Shown here one piece after another: positions 1-10,627 of a DNA stretch of 33,629 nt (positions are counted from its first letter, which is position 1; each line of letters begins with the position of its first letter). The stretch is from Bacteroidota bacterium (GTDB lineage Bacteria; Bacteroidota; Ignavibacteria; UBA10030; UBA6906): contig JBKJJX010000109.1 of NCBI GenBank assembly GCA_046597825.1, positions 1 to 33,629 on the forward strand. Direction: 5' to 3'. The notes below the pieces were generated by a model, which had not been told where the DNA came from, searched no databases, and saw nothing but the letters and a program-made list of their open reading frames with translations. The position numbers were made by a program, and so were the translations under genes.

Positions 1-3000
1 GCAACGTTATTGTAAAACTTGATGGAGTCGGAATGGCCTGCCGTCGGATTGGAGCCGGCAAAGTTGCCATCAAAAAGAAATCCTGTAAGGCCGCCGCCTT
101 CTCCCGCCGCCATATCAATGTTCCACGAGTTGTAGTACCAGTCGATGGTCGATCCGTTGCCGTTCGGGCTGTTGGTGCCGCCCGTGGGGTTATAGATCAA
201 TCCATCCACCGCACGACCGCCGCCACCCGTGCCAAGGTTGTGGATATCATAAATCATATTGTTCGCGAAGACTGCCCGTGTGCGCACTGCCGGTCCGGTT
301 GTAATAATATTACCAACCAGAATGCAGAGCGGACGGAAGGCACCGCTTAAGGTGACCAGATTGTGAATGCGGTTCCGTGTAACCGTAACAGCCGTGTTGG
401 CTCCGTTCACTCGGATACCTGCCGGGTTACCTGCTACTTTTATACCGTTCACATCGTTGCTGTCGACCAGCACGTTGTGGTTGCCTGTCATCGTAATACC
501 CGCTGCCGCGAGGTGGTCGAACACCGAAGCGCTCGATCCGCCGCCGATAAGGTTTTTGGTGAACGTGTGGTTCGAATCGCGTACTGCACCACTCGCCGCA
601 TTAATGAACAGGCCGTTGTTGCCGCGCATCAGCTGGCAGTTCGTGATCGTCATATCATTCTGCCCGCCTGAGGTTGCAAAGCCGGTGTTGTCGATAACAA
701 CAACGCTCGGGATACCGCCTGCAGAATGGCGGTTCCCTTTGATGATCAGGTTCTTCAGCGTAACGTTCTTGCTTCCCTTGCGGATGAAGAACGGTGTACG
801 CGCCGTGGTTGTGTTTGTATCTGATTCAATCGTCATACTGCGGTCTGAACCCCCGGAGTTGGAGCCGTCCCAGATAATGCCACGGACGCTATCCATCCGC
901 ACGCCGATGCCTGCATTGGTTGCCGAGCCGCCGGCGAGAACAATGCGCGGCGTTGTGCTTGCCGCAGGTTTGAATGTGACGGTGTTCGTCGTTCCCTGGC
1001 CTGCGTACGGCGTGATGATCTGCGCCGTATCACTATAGGCTGCATCGATGAACGAGAAGACAACCGGTGCTGAGACGCCTCGTGTCGTCAGTGCAGCGAT
1101 TGCTGCGGACAAGCTTGTAAAGTTCCCTGCCGCTCCTACTGTATATGTGCCTGCAAGGGGTGTCGGTCCGACAAACAATGAGAACTCATCAGCTCCCATA
1201 TCCGGAGTAGCGACATTGCGGGCCTGGCCGTCGTAGTCCGTTGTAAGACCTGCGATGGGCCGTGCACCGCCGTCAAGCGGGGTTGCGACTGTGGAGTCGA
1301 TATGCAGGTCCGGTGAACGGAAGTTCGCCGTGACACTCACACTCTGTGAATCCTGTCCCGTTGACTGCCAGTTCGCCAGCGTTGCATAGTTCGTTGTACT
1401 CACTGCGCCAACATAACTTAACGCTTGAGTAGGAACATACAGATCATTGTAATTCGAGATGATGGTCGAGGTGGTCGATAGCTTGTAGTATGCTATCGCA
1501 CGCCCTGTCCCGGTCTCTGTTCTTGTGTTGATGGCAATGTTGTTTTTCAACACCTGCCCCACATGCGTGGATGTGTAGAGTGCACCCGAAGTAATGTTTG
1601 CCGCACCGGTGCCCGAGAGGTAAATCGAGTTGTACGCTATGGTGTCAAGCCGACCTGTCGATGCGTAAAGGCCTCGTACCGTGCTTCCGGCAGTCGTGCC
1701 CAGGTTGTTCAGATCGTAAATCATATTGTTGAAGTAGTTACCACTGGTCGTATCGGTTGATGTTCCGAAGATGTACAAGCCGCTCGCAAATACTGCCGCT
1801 GAGGCTGTTGATCCAACTTTTACATCACGGATAACATTGTTGGATATCTGCGTATTGAGATGCTTTGTTGCAATCCAAATACCCGCAAGATTATAGGTCG
1901 CTGCAGCCTGACGTATGTTCTGGATATAGTTTCTGTCAATCACTGTATTGAATGCCTGCTGCACATAGATACCGGCCTCACCAATACTGTCGGTTGCTGA
2001 ACCGATCTGGTTGTTTGTAATCCAGTTATTAGTCGGGAAGCTTGTTGCGTTGCCCACAATGACAATACCATCTAACGCCCGCAGAACAGCATTGTTCTGA
2101 ATCTTATTGCCGTCAGGTGTAGCTGTTGCTGAATCGGCAACCAGGTACACGCCTTCAGCTGCTGACAGAGACGTACGAACGGTTGTATTCTGGAGAACGT
2201 TATTGTCTGAGTTGCCTTCAAACAGAACCCCGCCTGTTGTTGCACTCGGTGCGCTGATTGTAAGACGCGTTGGACCGGTCAATCCAACACCATCTATCGT
2301 CACATAGCTTGCATTCAGCATATTGATTCCCCAGATGCCTGTGCTCGTAATCGTTACAACTTTGTTTGTTGCAGGCTTGATCGTGATCCGGTTGGCTGCA
2401 CTGGCGCCAGGAATCGGGCCGCTCAATGTCAATGCACCCGTCATCAGGTTCGTCGGGCCATCCTGATTCTCTCGTTCATTACTCTTAAACGGTGTATCAA
2501 GAGGATCAACCTCGCCACCTCGGCGGCGGATTGCACTGATTTCATTACGGCCTATCGGACGTTCCGGCGCTGCATACGCTGTATCGGTAAGGCTCAGTGT
2601 AACGGCTCCGCTCACGCCTCGTGTCTTCAAAGCACTGAACGCTGAATCCAATGTCGGGAAGTCCGCTGCCGTTCCTACTGTGTATGTGCCTGAGAGAGGA
2701 ACGATGGCCGGAACCAACGGCCACACATTATCAACCCGAATCCCATCAACTGTACCTATGGGTGCATTAACCGCTGACCCTTGTCGGATAGCCACACCAT
2801 ACACCGTGTCAACATCAGCTCCGGTTCTATCTAGAGCCGATTCAAACACTGTTGGGGCTGGCTCAGTGCCGGTTGTAGGAGGATTTACCCAAAGCGCTAC
2901 AGTGTCATTGGTCGCACCGGCAACAACAGTGTACTTCACCACAATCAAGTTGGTAGAACCCGGAGCATAGATTGAATCTGAAAAATTAATGTTGGCTATC

Positions 3001-3464
3001 GTACTTGATCTTCCAATTCCAAAACGGATGTTTCCGTTCGCCGCCCTCTTTGCAAAGAGCCTGGCTGTAAATGTACTCGAGCTCTTAAGAAGATGGAAAA
3101 AATAATCGCCGGTCGCAGTGGCGCTGTCGATTTTCACCAACAGAGAGAAGTATGCAGATCCGGCGGCTGTTCCATTGGGGAAACTGGAGTAGGATTTATT
3201 TACGTCCTCGCCATTCGTGGTGAAAGGAACCGAGTTGCCGATTCCCGATTCTGTATATCCGGAGTATGTAAGACTACCGGCAGCGATTCTGGGCGAATTC
3301 GTACCCTGACCGCTGTGGGCAGACCACGAGCCGACATTATGCAGCGTGTCGCCGACGGTGTAACTAAAATTCTCGACGAGAAGCTGACTGTTTGCTCTCG
3401 TTCCCAGCGATAAAACAGCAATCGCAAGAATGGAACAAAGGAAGAAAATTTTAGAGATCTTCAC
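1..3464 (-). CDS. Large secreted protein (partial, >1150 aa, 3' end beyond window): N-terminal beta-sandwich domain plus two tandem right-handed beta-helix (pectin lyase-like) modules; probable T9SS cargo
   Basis: Not in the ORF track because it has no stop in the window. Manual translation from GTG at 3464 (preceded by AAGGAGGGG) gives the signal peptide MKISKIFFLCSILAIAVLSLGTRANS-QLLVENFSY and stays open to the edge (...SIKFYNNVA). It has Asn-rich 'I.NN.I' beta-helix rungs, a 'DYDGQARNVATPDMGADEF' motif and two 'PL[SA]GTYTVG' module starts (2699, 1160). Confidence 0.88.
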   Translation of the reverse strand, partial: MKISKIFFLCSILAIAVLSLGTRANSQLLVENFSYTVGDTLHNVGSWSAHSGQGTNSPRIAAGSLTYSGYTESGIGNSVPFTTNGEDVNKSYSSFPNGTAAGSAYFSLLVKIDSATATGDYFFHLLKSSSTFTARLFAKRAANGNIRFGIGRSSTIANINFSDSIYAPGSTNLIVVKYTVVAGATNDTVALWVNPPTTGTEPAPTVFESALDRTGADVDTVYGVAIRQGSAVNAPIGTVDGIRVDNVWPLVPAIVPLSGTYTVGTAADFPTLDSAFSALKTRGVSGAVTLSLTDTAYAAPERPIGRNEISAIRRRGGEVDPLDTPFKSNERENQDGPTNLMTGALTLSGPIPGASAANRITIKPATNKVVTITSTGIWGINMLNASYVTIDGVGLTGPTRLTISAPSATTGGVLFEGNSDNNVLQNTTVRTSLSAAEGVYLVADSATATPDGNKIQNNAVLRALDGIVIVGNATSFPTNNWITNNQIGSATDSIGEAGIYVQQAFNTVIDRNYIQNIRQAAATYNLAGIWIATKHLNTQISNNVIRDVKVGSTASAAVFASGLYIFGTSTDTTSGNYFNNMIYDLNNLGTTAGSTVRGLYASTGRLDTIAYNSIYLSGTGAANITSGALYTSTHVGQVLKNNIAINTRTETGTGRAIAYYKLSTTSTIISNYNDLYVPTQALSYVGAVSTTNYATLANWQSTGQDSQSVSVTANFRSPDLHIDSTVATPLDGGARPIAGLTTDYDGQARNVATPDMGADEFSLFVGPTPLAGTYTVGAAGNFTSLSAAIAALTTRGVSAPVVFSFIDAAYSDTAQIITPYAGQGTTNTVTFKPAASTTPRIVLAGGSATNAGIGVRMDSVRGIIWDGSNSGGSDRSMTIESDTNTTTARTPFFIRKGSKNVTLKNLIIKGNRHSAGGIPSVVVIDNTGFATSGGQNDMTITNCQLMRGNNGLFINAASGAVRDSNHTFTKNLIGGGSSASVFDHLAAAGITMTGNHNVLVDSNDVNGIKVAGNPAGIRVNGANTAVTVTRNRIHNLVTLSGAFRPLCILVGNIITTGPAVRTRAVFANNMIYDIHNLGTGGGGRAVDGLIYNPTGGTNSPNGNGSTIDWYYNSWNIDMAAGEGGGLTGFLFDGNFAGSNPTAGHSDSIKFYNNV

Positions 3465-3640
3465 GACCCCTCCTTATGGATTTGAATGGAATTGATTTAG
3501 TGTAGTGATAAACGGAGTGTTAGTAACGATGGTGACGGAAGAGAGAAAGAGAGGCCTAACCTTTAGAAAAGGATTCATACTCACAAAAAAAAGAAACCGG
3601 ATAGTATTCCTAGATGGACGCCAACTGCAGTAACTGCCTT

Positions 3641-3669
3641 AACCTATGAAAGGTATTAGTGAATGTCAA
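3641..3669 (-). promoter_or_regulatory. Putative sigma70-type promoter for the beta-helix gene
   Basis: Minus strand reads TTGACA-N17-TAGGTT, about 175 bp upstream of the GTG start; perfect -35, weak -10. Confidence 0.45.
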
Positions 3670-3743
3670 TGGTAACAGGAAATTGAATTTGAGTATCCCA
3701 TACATGATGAATATCTCGCCGGATGACTGCCGACAAACATTTC

Positions 3744-6700
3744 TTATTTGAGAAGCACCATTCTCTTCGTCTCTTTGAATGTTCCTGATTCAAGCCGGTA
3801 GTAGTATACCCCGCTCGAAAAATTCCCCGCTTTCAGCGTTGCTTCGTACTTTCCCGGATTGAGTTCTTTGTTCACCAGGGTCGCCACATCTCGCCCCAGC
3901 ATATCAAATACCTTCAAAACTGTGGTTCCTGTTGAGGCAATCTGAAACTTTATTTTGGTGCTCGGATTGAATGGATTGGGATAGTTCTGATCAAGAGAGA
4001 ATTGAGCCGGGATTTCAGGCTGTCCGTTTACACCGACTGGCTGTCCGGTTATGAATGCGCGGACGATGAGATCGGCATTTGGAAGCGGTTGCCAACCTTG
4101 CGCGTTGGTAAAGAATCTCGACCGTCCATCAACAGGCGGAGAGAAATCACCGCCGATACCAGGTGCGCCGGGACTTGACGGCAAATAACTGAGAACCACA
4201 TGAAAATCGCCGCTGGTAATCGAAGGTGGATCGCCGGCTGGAAGAGTCACAAGAAAACTATCGATGCCTGCCGTCTGATGTGACTCCCCGATATACGGTC
4301 CCGCTTTCATCTGTCCCGGAAATCCGAGACTATCACTGTGAATTGAAACCATGATCGGACTGCTACCGTTGTTCGTGAACGCTTTCACGCGATAAACACG
4401 CGCAGGATATTGCTGCGGCGTAAAACGTATTCCGAATTTATTCCCGTTATATGAAAAGTCAACGACATAAAATACTTCAGGAACACCATCGTCGTAACCC
4501 AACTCGGTCAGTTGTGGATCCGAAACAGCAAATGTGCCCGCTGTGCTGCTGTAGGGTCCGTAATATGTTTGAGAGGAAACAGTAATTGAACCACGCATTT
4601 TGTATTCGTACCAGCCTTGGGCAATAACATTCGAATCCGTAAAAGCTTGAACGCCGCTGCCAAATGTCCGATACAGTGTTCCATTTCTATAGAGCTGCAA
4701 TGACACTGGAACCGTGAGCGGATCGTTATTCAATCCCTGCGTTGGATCATTCCATGTGACACGGAGAAAATTTCCCTGCCTCACGACCGCAACACTCCCC
4801 GGAGCTTTGGGCGGGGCAAGCAAGCGGATTGGAATGCGAATATCGCCAAAGCCTGATGGCGTAAACACGCTTGCCATTGTTTGCGGCCACCAGCCATGAA
4901 AGATCGCGGCGCCACCTGAACGCCCGATCATAAATAATCCGGCGCCGACTTTTTTATCCGGACCGAAAACCTGTAAATGATTTTTGTTAAAGAAGCTGAT
5001 GGGGATACTAACTTCTCCGACCACATGTCCTGTGGAAGATGAGAAGGCGGTTTGTCCGTCCGTTACTGTATCTACCACTGCATTCACTCCACCGCCTGTG
5101 TAAATTTCCCGAAACCGGACTGTCGGCCCGGCGGAAAAATAATATGCCCAATAATTTCCTTCACGCAGAAGCGGGTCAGTACCGACCGGCTCGAACCGTC
5201 TATTATAGTTGTCGTCAAAGTAGAGACCGAACCCTTCGCTCTCCTGCAGTCCATCGGTATTCAGAAAATCTTCTCCGGCGATATACAGCTTTCCGGCAAC
5301 ACTATCATATTTGAAATACATGAACACACTGCCGCGTGGTAACGATACACCACCACCCAACCCAAAGACATCGGACACGTCGACCTTCAGGGCATCAGTC
5401 CACTCTCCCGCAGTGATCGTTCCATCAATCGTTGGCGTCGTAGTCTTATGCGGAGTCGTTATGCTGAATTGGAGGAATGAACTGTCAACTGTTCCGTACG
5501 ATTCGTTCGAATACACACTCTCCCCTTGCCCGTATAAAGCGGTGATTCGATAGTAATAATCCTTCAACGGAATCGCGGAGCTGTCTGCGTAAGAAGAACT
5601 GCCGCTGATTGTTTTCTTGGCTGTGTATGGCCCTCCCGTTCGAAGGCTGCGATAAATGCGAATGCTGTCGGGAGGAACTGGTTGTGAAGCAGGGGACTCG
5701 GGAAGTTTCATGAGCAGTGTAGCTCCGACCGGCCGTAATGGTATCGACGTTGAGACTTTGTAATCATCAACAGCAAGATTTCTTTCGCGGGGCGACATCA
5801 CGAGAGTCGGGTTTGTCCAGTTTAATTGGATGCGGGAATTCAAACCATGACTGGCAACTAAATTGGTGGGCGCCGCGCCGGTGAGCGCAAGTGTTGCATT
5901 CACATTTCTCGTCGTGTCGGTGCCCGACACCGTAACGTTGTTGATAGTCTGGGCAACATACCCGAGATGCGACACGCGAACGGAATAATTTCCCGCAGGG
6001 ACATTCCCCACCACGTACTGCCCGGTCGGCGATGTTGTTGCCATCCTTGTTGTTCCCAGCACCTGAACCGTCGTACCGCTGTGGTTCGGTGGAACACCCG
6101 ACAGCAATACTGTTCCGGCAATTGCACCTCCTCCAAGATCAACGGCAATATTGTACACGTTCCCGCCGCTCCCGAATTGGCGCGCATGAACTGCCTTGCC
6201 GCCTGCAACGACGCTTTTTCCATCGGCGGACATCGCAAGTGAGAACATCGAGCCCGGTGTATTCACACTGAAGACGGGCGTGTTCGAATTCCGCTCGAAA
6301 ATGTAAATGTCCGGTTTGTTATTATCCAAATCTCCCCATGTCGCAGCAGCCGCAATCGAACCATCGTCCGAAAGGGCAACCTGCGCAACTTCATCGCCAA
6401 CGCCGGGAACAATCCATTTGGGTGTTCCCTCTCCGAACGTGTCGAACAGATAGATCGATCCGTCATAGCCGGCACTCAGAAAAATCAGGGTGCCCGCCAT
6501 AATGGTCAGTCCATCAGCCGAAACATCGACAGCGCTGCCCCAGTTCGTGAACGCACCGGGCGGAATCCTGTATTGCCATAAGGAGATATATTTATTCTGC
6601 GATGAGTTCCATGCAAGCGCCCTGATAAAGCCGGTGAGTTCTGCAATGGCAATAACAGATGCATTGCCGCTCATCGCAATGCGGGATTCAGTGTTATTGA

Positions 6701-7487
6701 TTTCCATTTCCGTCCGCAACGACCCGTTGTTCGCGTTCAAGACCCACGCGTAAAATTTGCCGTTCACAATGACCGTGGATTTATCGACGCTGATGTTGAT
6801 GCCATACACTCCCGTGCTTTGATTGTCACTGAAGTCAAACGACCAGAGAGGCGTCGTGGACGGCGGAGCGAACGCATACACGCGATGCATTCCTCCCTGT
6901 AATGGAGAAGATGCAGCACAGACCAAAAAAGTCCCGTCACGCGACACCGCAGTCGGTCCGGCAATCCGTCCGGTTGGAATCGAAAAATTGAATGTAATGC
7001 CCCCCGTATTCTTATCAAACAGATAAATGTTGTGGTAGCTTCCGTTGGCGATAATTCCCGCGTTCGCCGAAAGCGCAACAAAATTTCTGTAGACCGCCGG
7101 ATCGGAATTGAACTCCCACACCGGAATGTTGCTCGCATCGTTATGAAACGAAACACGCGGAGAGTTGAGATTCCAGCCGATGAAGGGATTTCCACCATTG
7201 CTATTCACCGCAACATCCTGACCAATGGACGCCGCGTCATTACTGATCCACTTAACAATCGAATTTATCCCCTGCGCATTTGGAATGGACACGGCTCTCT
7301 CTCTTTCAATCTCGCTCAAAGAAACCGGCAAAGGATTTTTTTCAGATACCGTTTCGGAGCGCTGGGTGATTCTTCCGTTTTCAGTACGAACAGAAGTCAG
7401 GGTTCCAATATTGGTATTTTTTGATCCGGCGCTGAAAGAAACAAACGAAGTCGATACGGCGAGAACAAGTACTATCCAGGGTTTCAT
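3744..7487 (-). CDS. T9SS type A sorting domain protein: beta-propeller (WD40/PQQ-like), carboxypeptidase-regulatory-like domain, FN3 domains, CBM9/DOMON-like domain
   Basis: 1247 aa ORF with signal peptide and upstream GAGGAG. Repeated 'vA.S.DG..i' propeller blades; 'TTSPTGQYVVGNVPAGNYSVRVSHLGY'; 'APTNLVAS...IQLNWT'; 'TPTIDGTITAGEW'; C-terminal 'FSLDQNYPNPFNPST...SSGVYYYRL...KRMVLLK'. Confidence 0.88.
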   Translation of the reverse strand: MKPWIVLVLAVSTSFVSFSAGSKNTNIGTLTSVRTENGRITQRSETVSEKNPLPVSLSEIERERAVSIPNAQGINSIVKWISNDAASIGQDVAVNSNGGNPFIGWNLNSPRVSFHNDASNIPVWEFNSDPAVYRNFVALSANAGIIANGSYHNIYLFDKNTGGITFNFSIPTGRIAGPTAVSRDGTFLVCAASSPLQGGMHRVYAFAPPSTTPLWSFDFSDNQSTGVYGINISVDKSTVIVNGKFYAWVLNANNGSLRTEMEINNTESRIAMSGNASVIAIAELTGFIRALAWNSSQNKYISLWQYRIPPGAFTNWGSAVDVSADGLTIMAGTLIFLSAGYDGSIYLFDTFGEGTPKWIVPGVGDEVAQVALSDDGSIAAAATWGDLDNNKPDIYIFERNSNTPVFSVNTPGSMFSLAMSADGKSVVAGGKAVHARQFGSGGNVYNIAVDLGGGAIAGTVLLSGVPPNHSGTTVQVLGTTRMATTSPTGQYVVGNVPAGNYSVRVSHLGYVAQTINNVTVSGTDTTRNVNATLALTGAAPTNLVASHGLNSRIQLNWTNPTLVMSPRERNLAVDDYKVSTSIPLRPVGATLLMKLPESPASQPVPPDSIRIYRSLRTGGPYTAKKTISGSSSYADSSAIPLKDYYYRITALYGQGESVYSNESYGTVDSSFLQFSITTPHKTTTPTIDGTITAGEWTDALKVDVSDVFGLGGGVSLPRGSVFMYFKYDSVAGKLYIAGEDFLNTDGLQESEGFGLYFDDNYNRRFEPVGTDPLLREGNYWAYYFSAGPTVRFREIYTGGGVNAVVDTVTDGQTAFSSSTGHVVGEVSIPISFFNKNHLQVFGPDKKVGAGLFMIGRSGGAAIFHGWWPQTMASVFTPSGFGDIRIPIRLLAPPKAPGSVAVVRQGNFLRVTWNDPTQGLNNDPLTVPVSLQLYRNGTLYRTFGSGVQAFTDSNVIAQGWYEYKMRGSITVSSQTYYGPYSSTAGTFAVSDPQLTELGYDDGVPEVFYVVDFSYNGNKFGIRFTPQQYPARVYRVKAFTNNGSSPIMVSIHSDSLGFPGQMKAGPYIGESHQTAGIDSFLVTLPAGDPPSITSGDFHVVLSYLPSSPGAPGIGGDFSPPVDGRSRFFTNAQGWQPLPNADLIVRAFITGQPVGVNGQPEIPAQFSLDQNYPNPFNPSTKIKFQIASTGTTVLKVFDMLGRDVATLVNKELNPGKYEATLKAGNFSSGVYYYRLESGTFKETKRMVLLK

Positions 7488-7619
7488 GGGGGGAACTCCT
7501 CAAGATTAGGAACTTGATTGAAAGTAGTCGGTGAGACACTGCATCCACAATATATCAAGAGATAACAGACATATACAAGCATCCGCAGAATTAAGTAGTG
7601 TCTCAGTTTGGAAGCACAC

Positions 7620-7699
7620 GTCATTCCGAAATGTTCTTATTCGGAATCCGAACCAAGAACAACTTGAAAGGATGCTGAAAAAGAGCGCTTCAGCATGAC
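7620..7699. repeat. REP-like inverted doublet of hairpins
   Basis: GTCATTCCGAA-N9-TTCGGAATC ... GATGCTGAA-N9-TTCAGCATGAC; GTCAT/ATGAC ends. A related copy lies in opposite orientation at 16230-16308. Confidence 0.7.
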
Positions 7700-7834
7700 A
7701 TGGATTGCGAGGACTAAGCTTGATTTGAAACTGAGACATTACAACCCAGAATTATCCGCTGCAAGCTATCTTGCCAAACGAAACCCAATTACCTACCTTA
7801 AAGCGGCAACTCCTCTCACATCTCACCGAACGGA

Positions 7835-10504
7835 ATGAACTCCGAAAAACGTCGCCTTGAAGAGGCGCAAGCCCAGAAGTCACCGTGGAAAAAATGGGGT
7901 CCCTATGTCGCAGAACGCCAATGGGGAACCGTCCGCGAAGACTACAGTCCCGGCGGCGACGCATGGAATTACACAACGCACGACATGGCGCGCAGCAAAG
8001 CATTTCGGTGGGGAGAAGAAGGCATCGCGGGCGTGTGCGACGATGAGCAGTTGCTTTGTCTTTCGGTTGGATTGTGGAATGGACGCGATCCGATCCTGAA
8101 AGAGCGGCTGTTCGGGCTCGCAGGCCCCGAAGGGAACCACGGCGAAGATGTGAAGGAGATGTATTACTATCTCGACAGCACGCCGACACATTCGTACATG
8201 AAGATGCTCTATAAGTATCCGCACGCTGAATTTCCGTATCGAAAGCTGTATGAAGAGAACAGCCGGAGGAACAAACAGCAGCCGGAGTTCGAACTGATCG
8301 ACACAGGAATTTTTGATAAAGATGAATACTTCGATGTGTTCGTCGAATACGCGAAGGTTACGCCCGAGGATTTCTTTGCCCGCATCACCATCTACAATAG
8401 AGGGGCTGCAAAAGCAGCAGTACACATCCTCCCCCAGTTGTGGTTCCGGAATACCTGGTCATGGAATCCGGATGAACACAAGCCAAACATGCTGAAGCTT
8501 GAGGGAAATGCCATCCAGATAGAACATCACGGACTCGGCAGGCGGCGCTGGTTCTACTGGCAGGATAAAGCCGATGCACTCTTTTGTGAGAATGAGACGA
8601 ACGTAACACGTTTGTATGGCTCGAAAACGGAATCGAAGTATTTCAAAGATGGCATCAACGATTTTGTAGTAGACGGAAAGCGCGACGCCATTAACCCGAA
8701 GAATGAAGGAACGAAAGCGGCGGTCGATATCGCACTTGAAATCCCCGGCGGGGGTTCGAAAACAGTCAATGTTCGTCTCAGCAACGCGATGCTCAAGCAG
8801 CCTTTTGCAGATTGCGACAAGACATTCGACGCAAGATTGAAAGAGGCGAATGAGTTTTACGATGATCTTCAGGCGGAAATTCCGGGCGACGATGCGAAGC
8901 TCGTCCAGCGCCAGGCGCTCGCCGGAATGTTGTGGGCAAAACAATTCTACTACTACGATGTAACGCAGTGGCTTCAAGGCGATGCCGGCCAGCCGCCACC
9001 GCCCGAAGAACGAAAAGAAGGGCGCAACCACGCATGGGTGCATTTGAATAATGCTGAAATCATTTCAATGCCGGATACGTGGGAGTACCCGTGGTACGCG
9101 GCGTGGGATCTGGCATTTCATTGTATTCCGCTTGCGATGGTCGACCCGCATTTTGCAAAAGATCAGCTTGTATTGCTGACGCGTGAATGGTACATGCATC
9201 CGAACGGACAATTTCCCGCGTACGAGTGGGCATTCGGCGATGTGAACCCGCCCGTGCATGCATGGGCAACGTGGCGCGTCTACAAGATGGACCAAAAGAT
9301 GCACGGAGGAAAAGGCGACATCGATTTCCTCGAACGTGTTTTCCATAAACTTCTCCTGAATTTCACATGGTGGGTCAACCGCAAGGACGAGGATGGCAGC
9401 AACATTTTTGAAGGCGGATTTCTCGGCCTTGATAACATTGGCGTGTTCGATCGAAGTTCGGAACTGCCGACCGGCGGGCACATCGAGCAAGCGGACGGCA
9501 CAAGCTGGATGGCAATGTACTCGTTGAACCTGATGCGTATCGCGCTCGAACTTTCTCTTACCAAACCGGTCTACCAGGATATGGCGACCAAATTCCTCGA
9601 ACACTTCCTCTACATCGCCGCAGCGGCAGCAAACATCGGGAAGACGGGAATCAACCTGTGGGATGAAGAAGACGAATTCTTTTACGACGTTCTGCATCTT
9701 CCGCATGGCGAGCGCATCCCGCTGAAAGTCCGTTCGATGGTCGGGCTCATTCCCCTGTTCGCGGTGGAGACGCTCGAGCCTGAAATCCTGGATCAGTTGC
9801 CGGAATTCAAAAAACGGCTCGAGTGGTTCTTCAGCTACCGGCAGGATCTGGTCACGCTCGTCTCCCGTTGGCAGGAACCCGGCACGGGCCAGCGGCGCCT
9901 TCTCTCACTTCTACGCGGACATCGCATGAAATGTTTGCTGCGCAGAATGCTGGATGAAACGGAATTCCTGTCGGACTACGGCGTTCGTGCGTTGTCGAAA
10001 TATCACCGTGAACATCCATACACATTCTTCACCGGCGGTGAAACATTTGTCGTCAATTACGAGCCGGCAGAATCGGAGACGGGATTGTTCGGCGGCAATT
10101 CAAATTGGCGCGGACCGGTTTGGTTTCCTGTCAATTTTCTCATCATCGAATCGCTGCAGAAATTCCACCACTACTATGGTGATGATTTCAAAATCGAATA
10201 CCCGACGGGCTCCGGGAAATTTCTGACGATCGACGATGTCGCTCATGAGCTCTCAATGCGATTGACAAAATTATTCCTGCGAAATGAAAAAGGCGAACGT
10301 CCCGCTTTCGGGAAGAATTCAAAGTTGCAGAACGATCCCCACTTCCGGGATTACATTTTGTTCAATGAGTATTTCCATGCTGATACCGGGGCGGGACTCG
10401 GCGCCTCACATCAGACGGGCTGGACCGGATTGGTCGCAAAACTCCTGCAGCCCCGAACAGAACGGAATCATGCCGACGTATTACGGGAGGAATCATTGCT
10501 ATAG
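7835..10504 (+). CDS. Glucosidase, GH63-like / MGH1-like (alpha/alpha)6 glycoside hydrolase
   Basis: 889 aa. Family-typical motifs [59 protein letters not shown] and [18 protein letters not shown]. No signal peptide. Confidence 0.9.
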   Translation: MNSEKRRLEEAQAQKSPWKKWGPYVAERQWGTVREDYSPGGDAWNYTTHDMARSKAFRWGEEGIAGVCDDEQLLCLSVGLWNGRDPILKERLFGLAGPEGNHGEDVKEMYYYLDSTPTHSYMKMLYKYPHAEFPYRKLYEENSRRNKQQPEFELIDTGIFDKDEYFDVFVEYAKVTPEDFFARITIYNRGAAKAAVHILPQLWFRNTWSWNPDEHKPNMLKLEGNAIQIEHHGLGRRRWFYWQDKADALFCENETNVTRLYGSKTESKYFKDGINDFVVDGKRDAINPKNEGTKAAVDIALEIPGGGSKTVNVRLSNAMLKQPFADCDKTFDARLKEANEFYDDLQAEIPGDDAKLVQRQALAGMLWAKQFYYYDVTQWLQGDAGQPPPPEERKEGRNHAWVHLNNAEIISMPDTWEYPWYAAWDLAFHCIPLAMVDPHFAKDQLVLLTREWYMHPNGQFPAYEWAFGDVNPPVHAWATWRVYKMDQKMHGGKGDIDFLERVFHKLLLNFTWWVNRKDEDGSNIFEGGFLGLDNIGVFDRSSELPTGGHIEQADGTSWMAMYSLNLMRIALELSLTKPVYQDMATKFLEHFLYIAAAAANIGKTGINLWDEEDEFFYDVLHLPHGERIPLKVRSMVGLIPLFAVETLEPEILDQLPEFKKRLEWFFSYRQDLVTLVSRWQEPGTGQRRLLSLLRGHRMKCLLRRMLDETEFLSDYGVRALSKYHREHPYTFFTGGETFVVNYEPAESETGLFGGNSNWRGPVWFPVNFLIIESLQKFHHYYGDDFKIEYPTGSGKFLTIDDVAHELSMRLTKLFLRNEKGERPAFGKNSKLQNDPHFRDYILFNEYFHADTGAGLGASHQTGWTGLVAKLLQPRTERNHADVLREESLL

Positions 10505-10627
10505 ACGCCATTTCCGCAATTCACGTCGCATACGGGGAACAGGGAAATTCATCCTTGTTATTGAACGTGAATTGAATGATATTATAACCAGCTAATTGTT
10601 CTTTAGAAGCATTGTTTTGGAGTATGT

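Noticed and set aside
33-3427. Many short ORFs in the track (for example 367-1038, 3093-3413)
   Set aside because: Antisense or out-of-frame shadows of the long minus-strand beta-helix gene; no recognisable protein features.
7506-7739. 77-aa minus-strand ORF in the divergent intergenic region
   Set aside because: Runs through the REP-like repeat, and its sequence is not protein-like.
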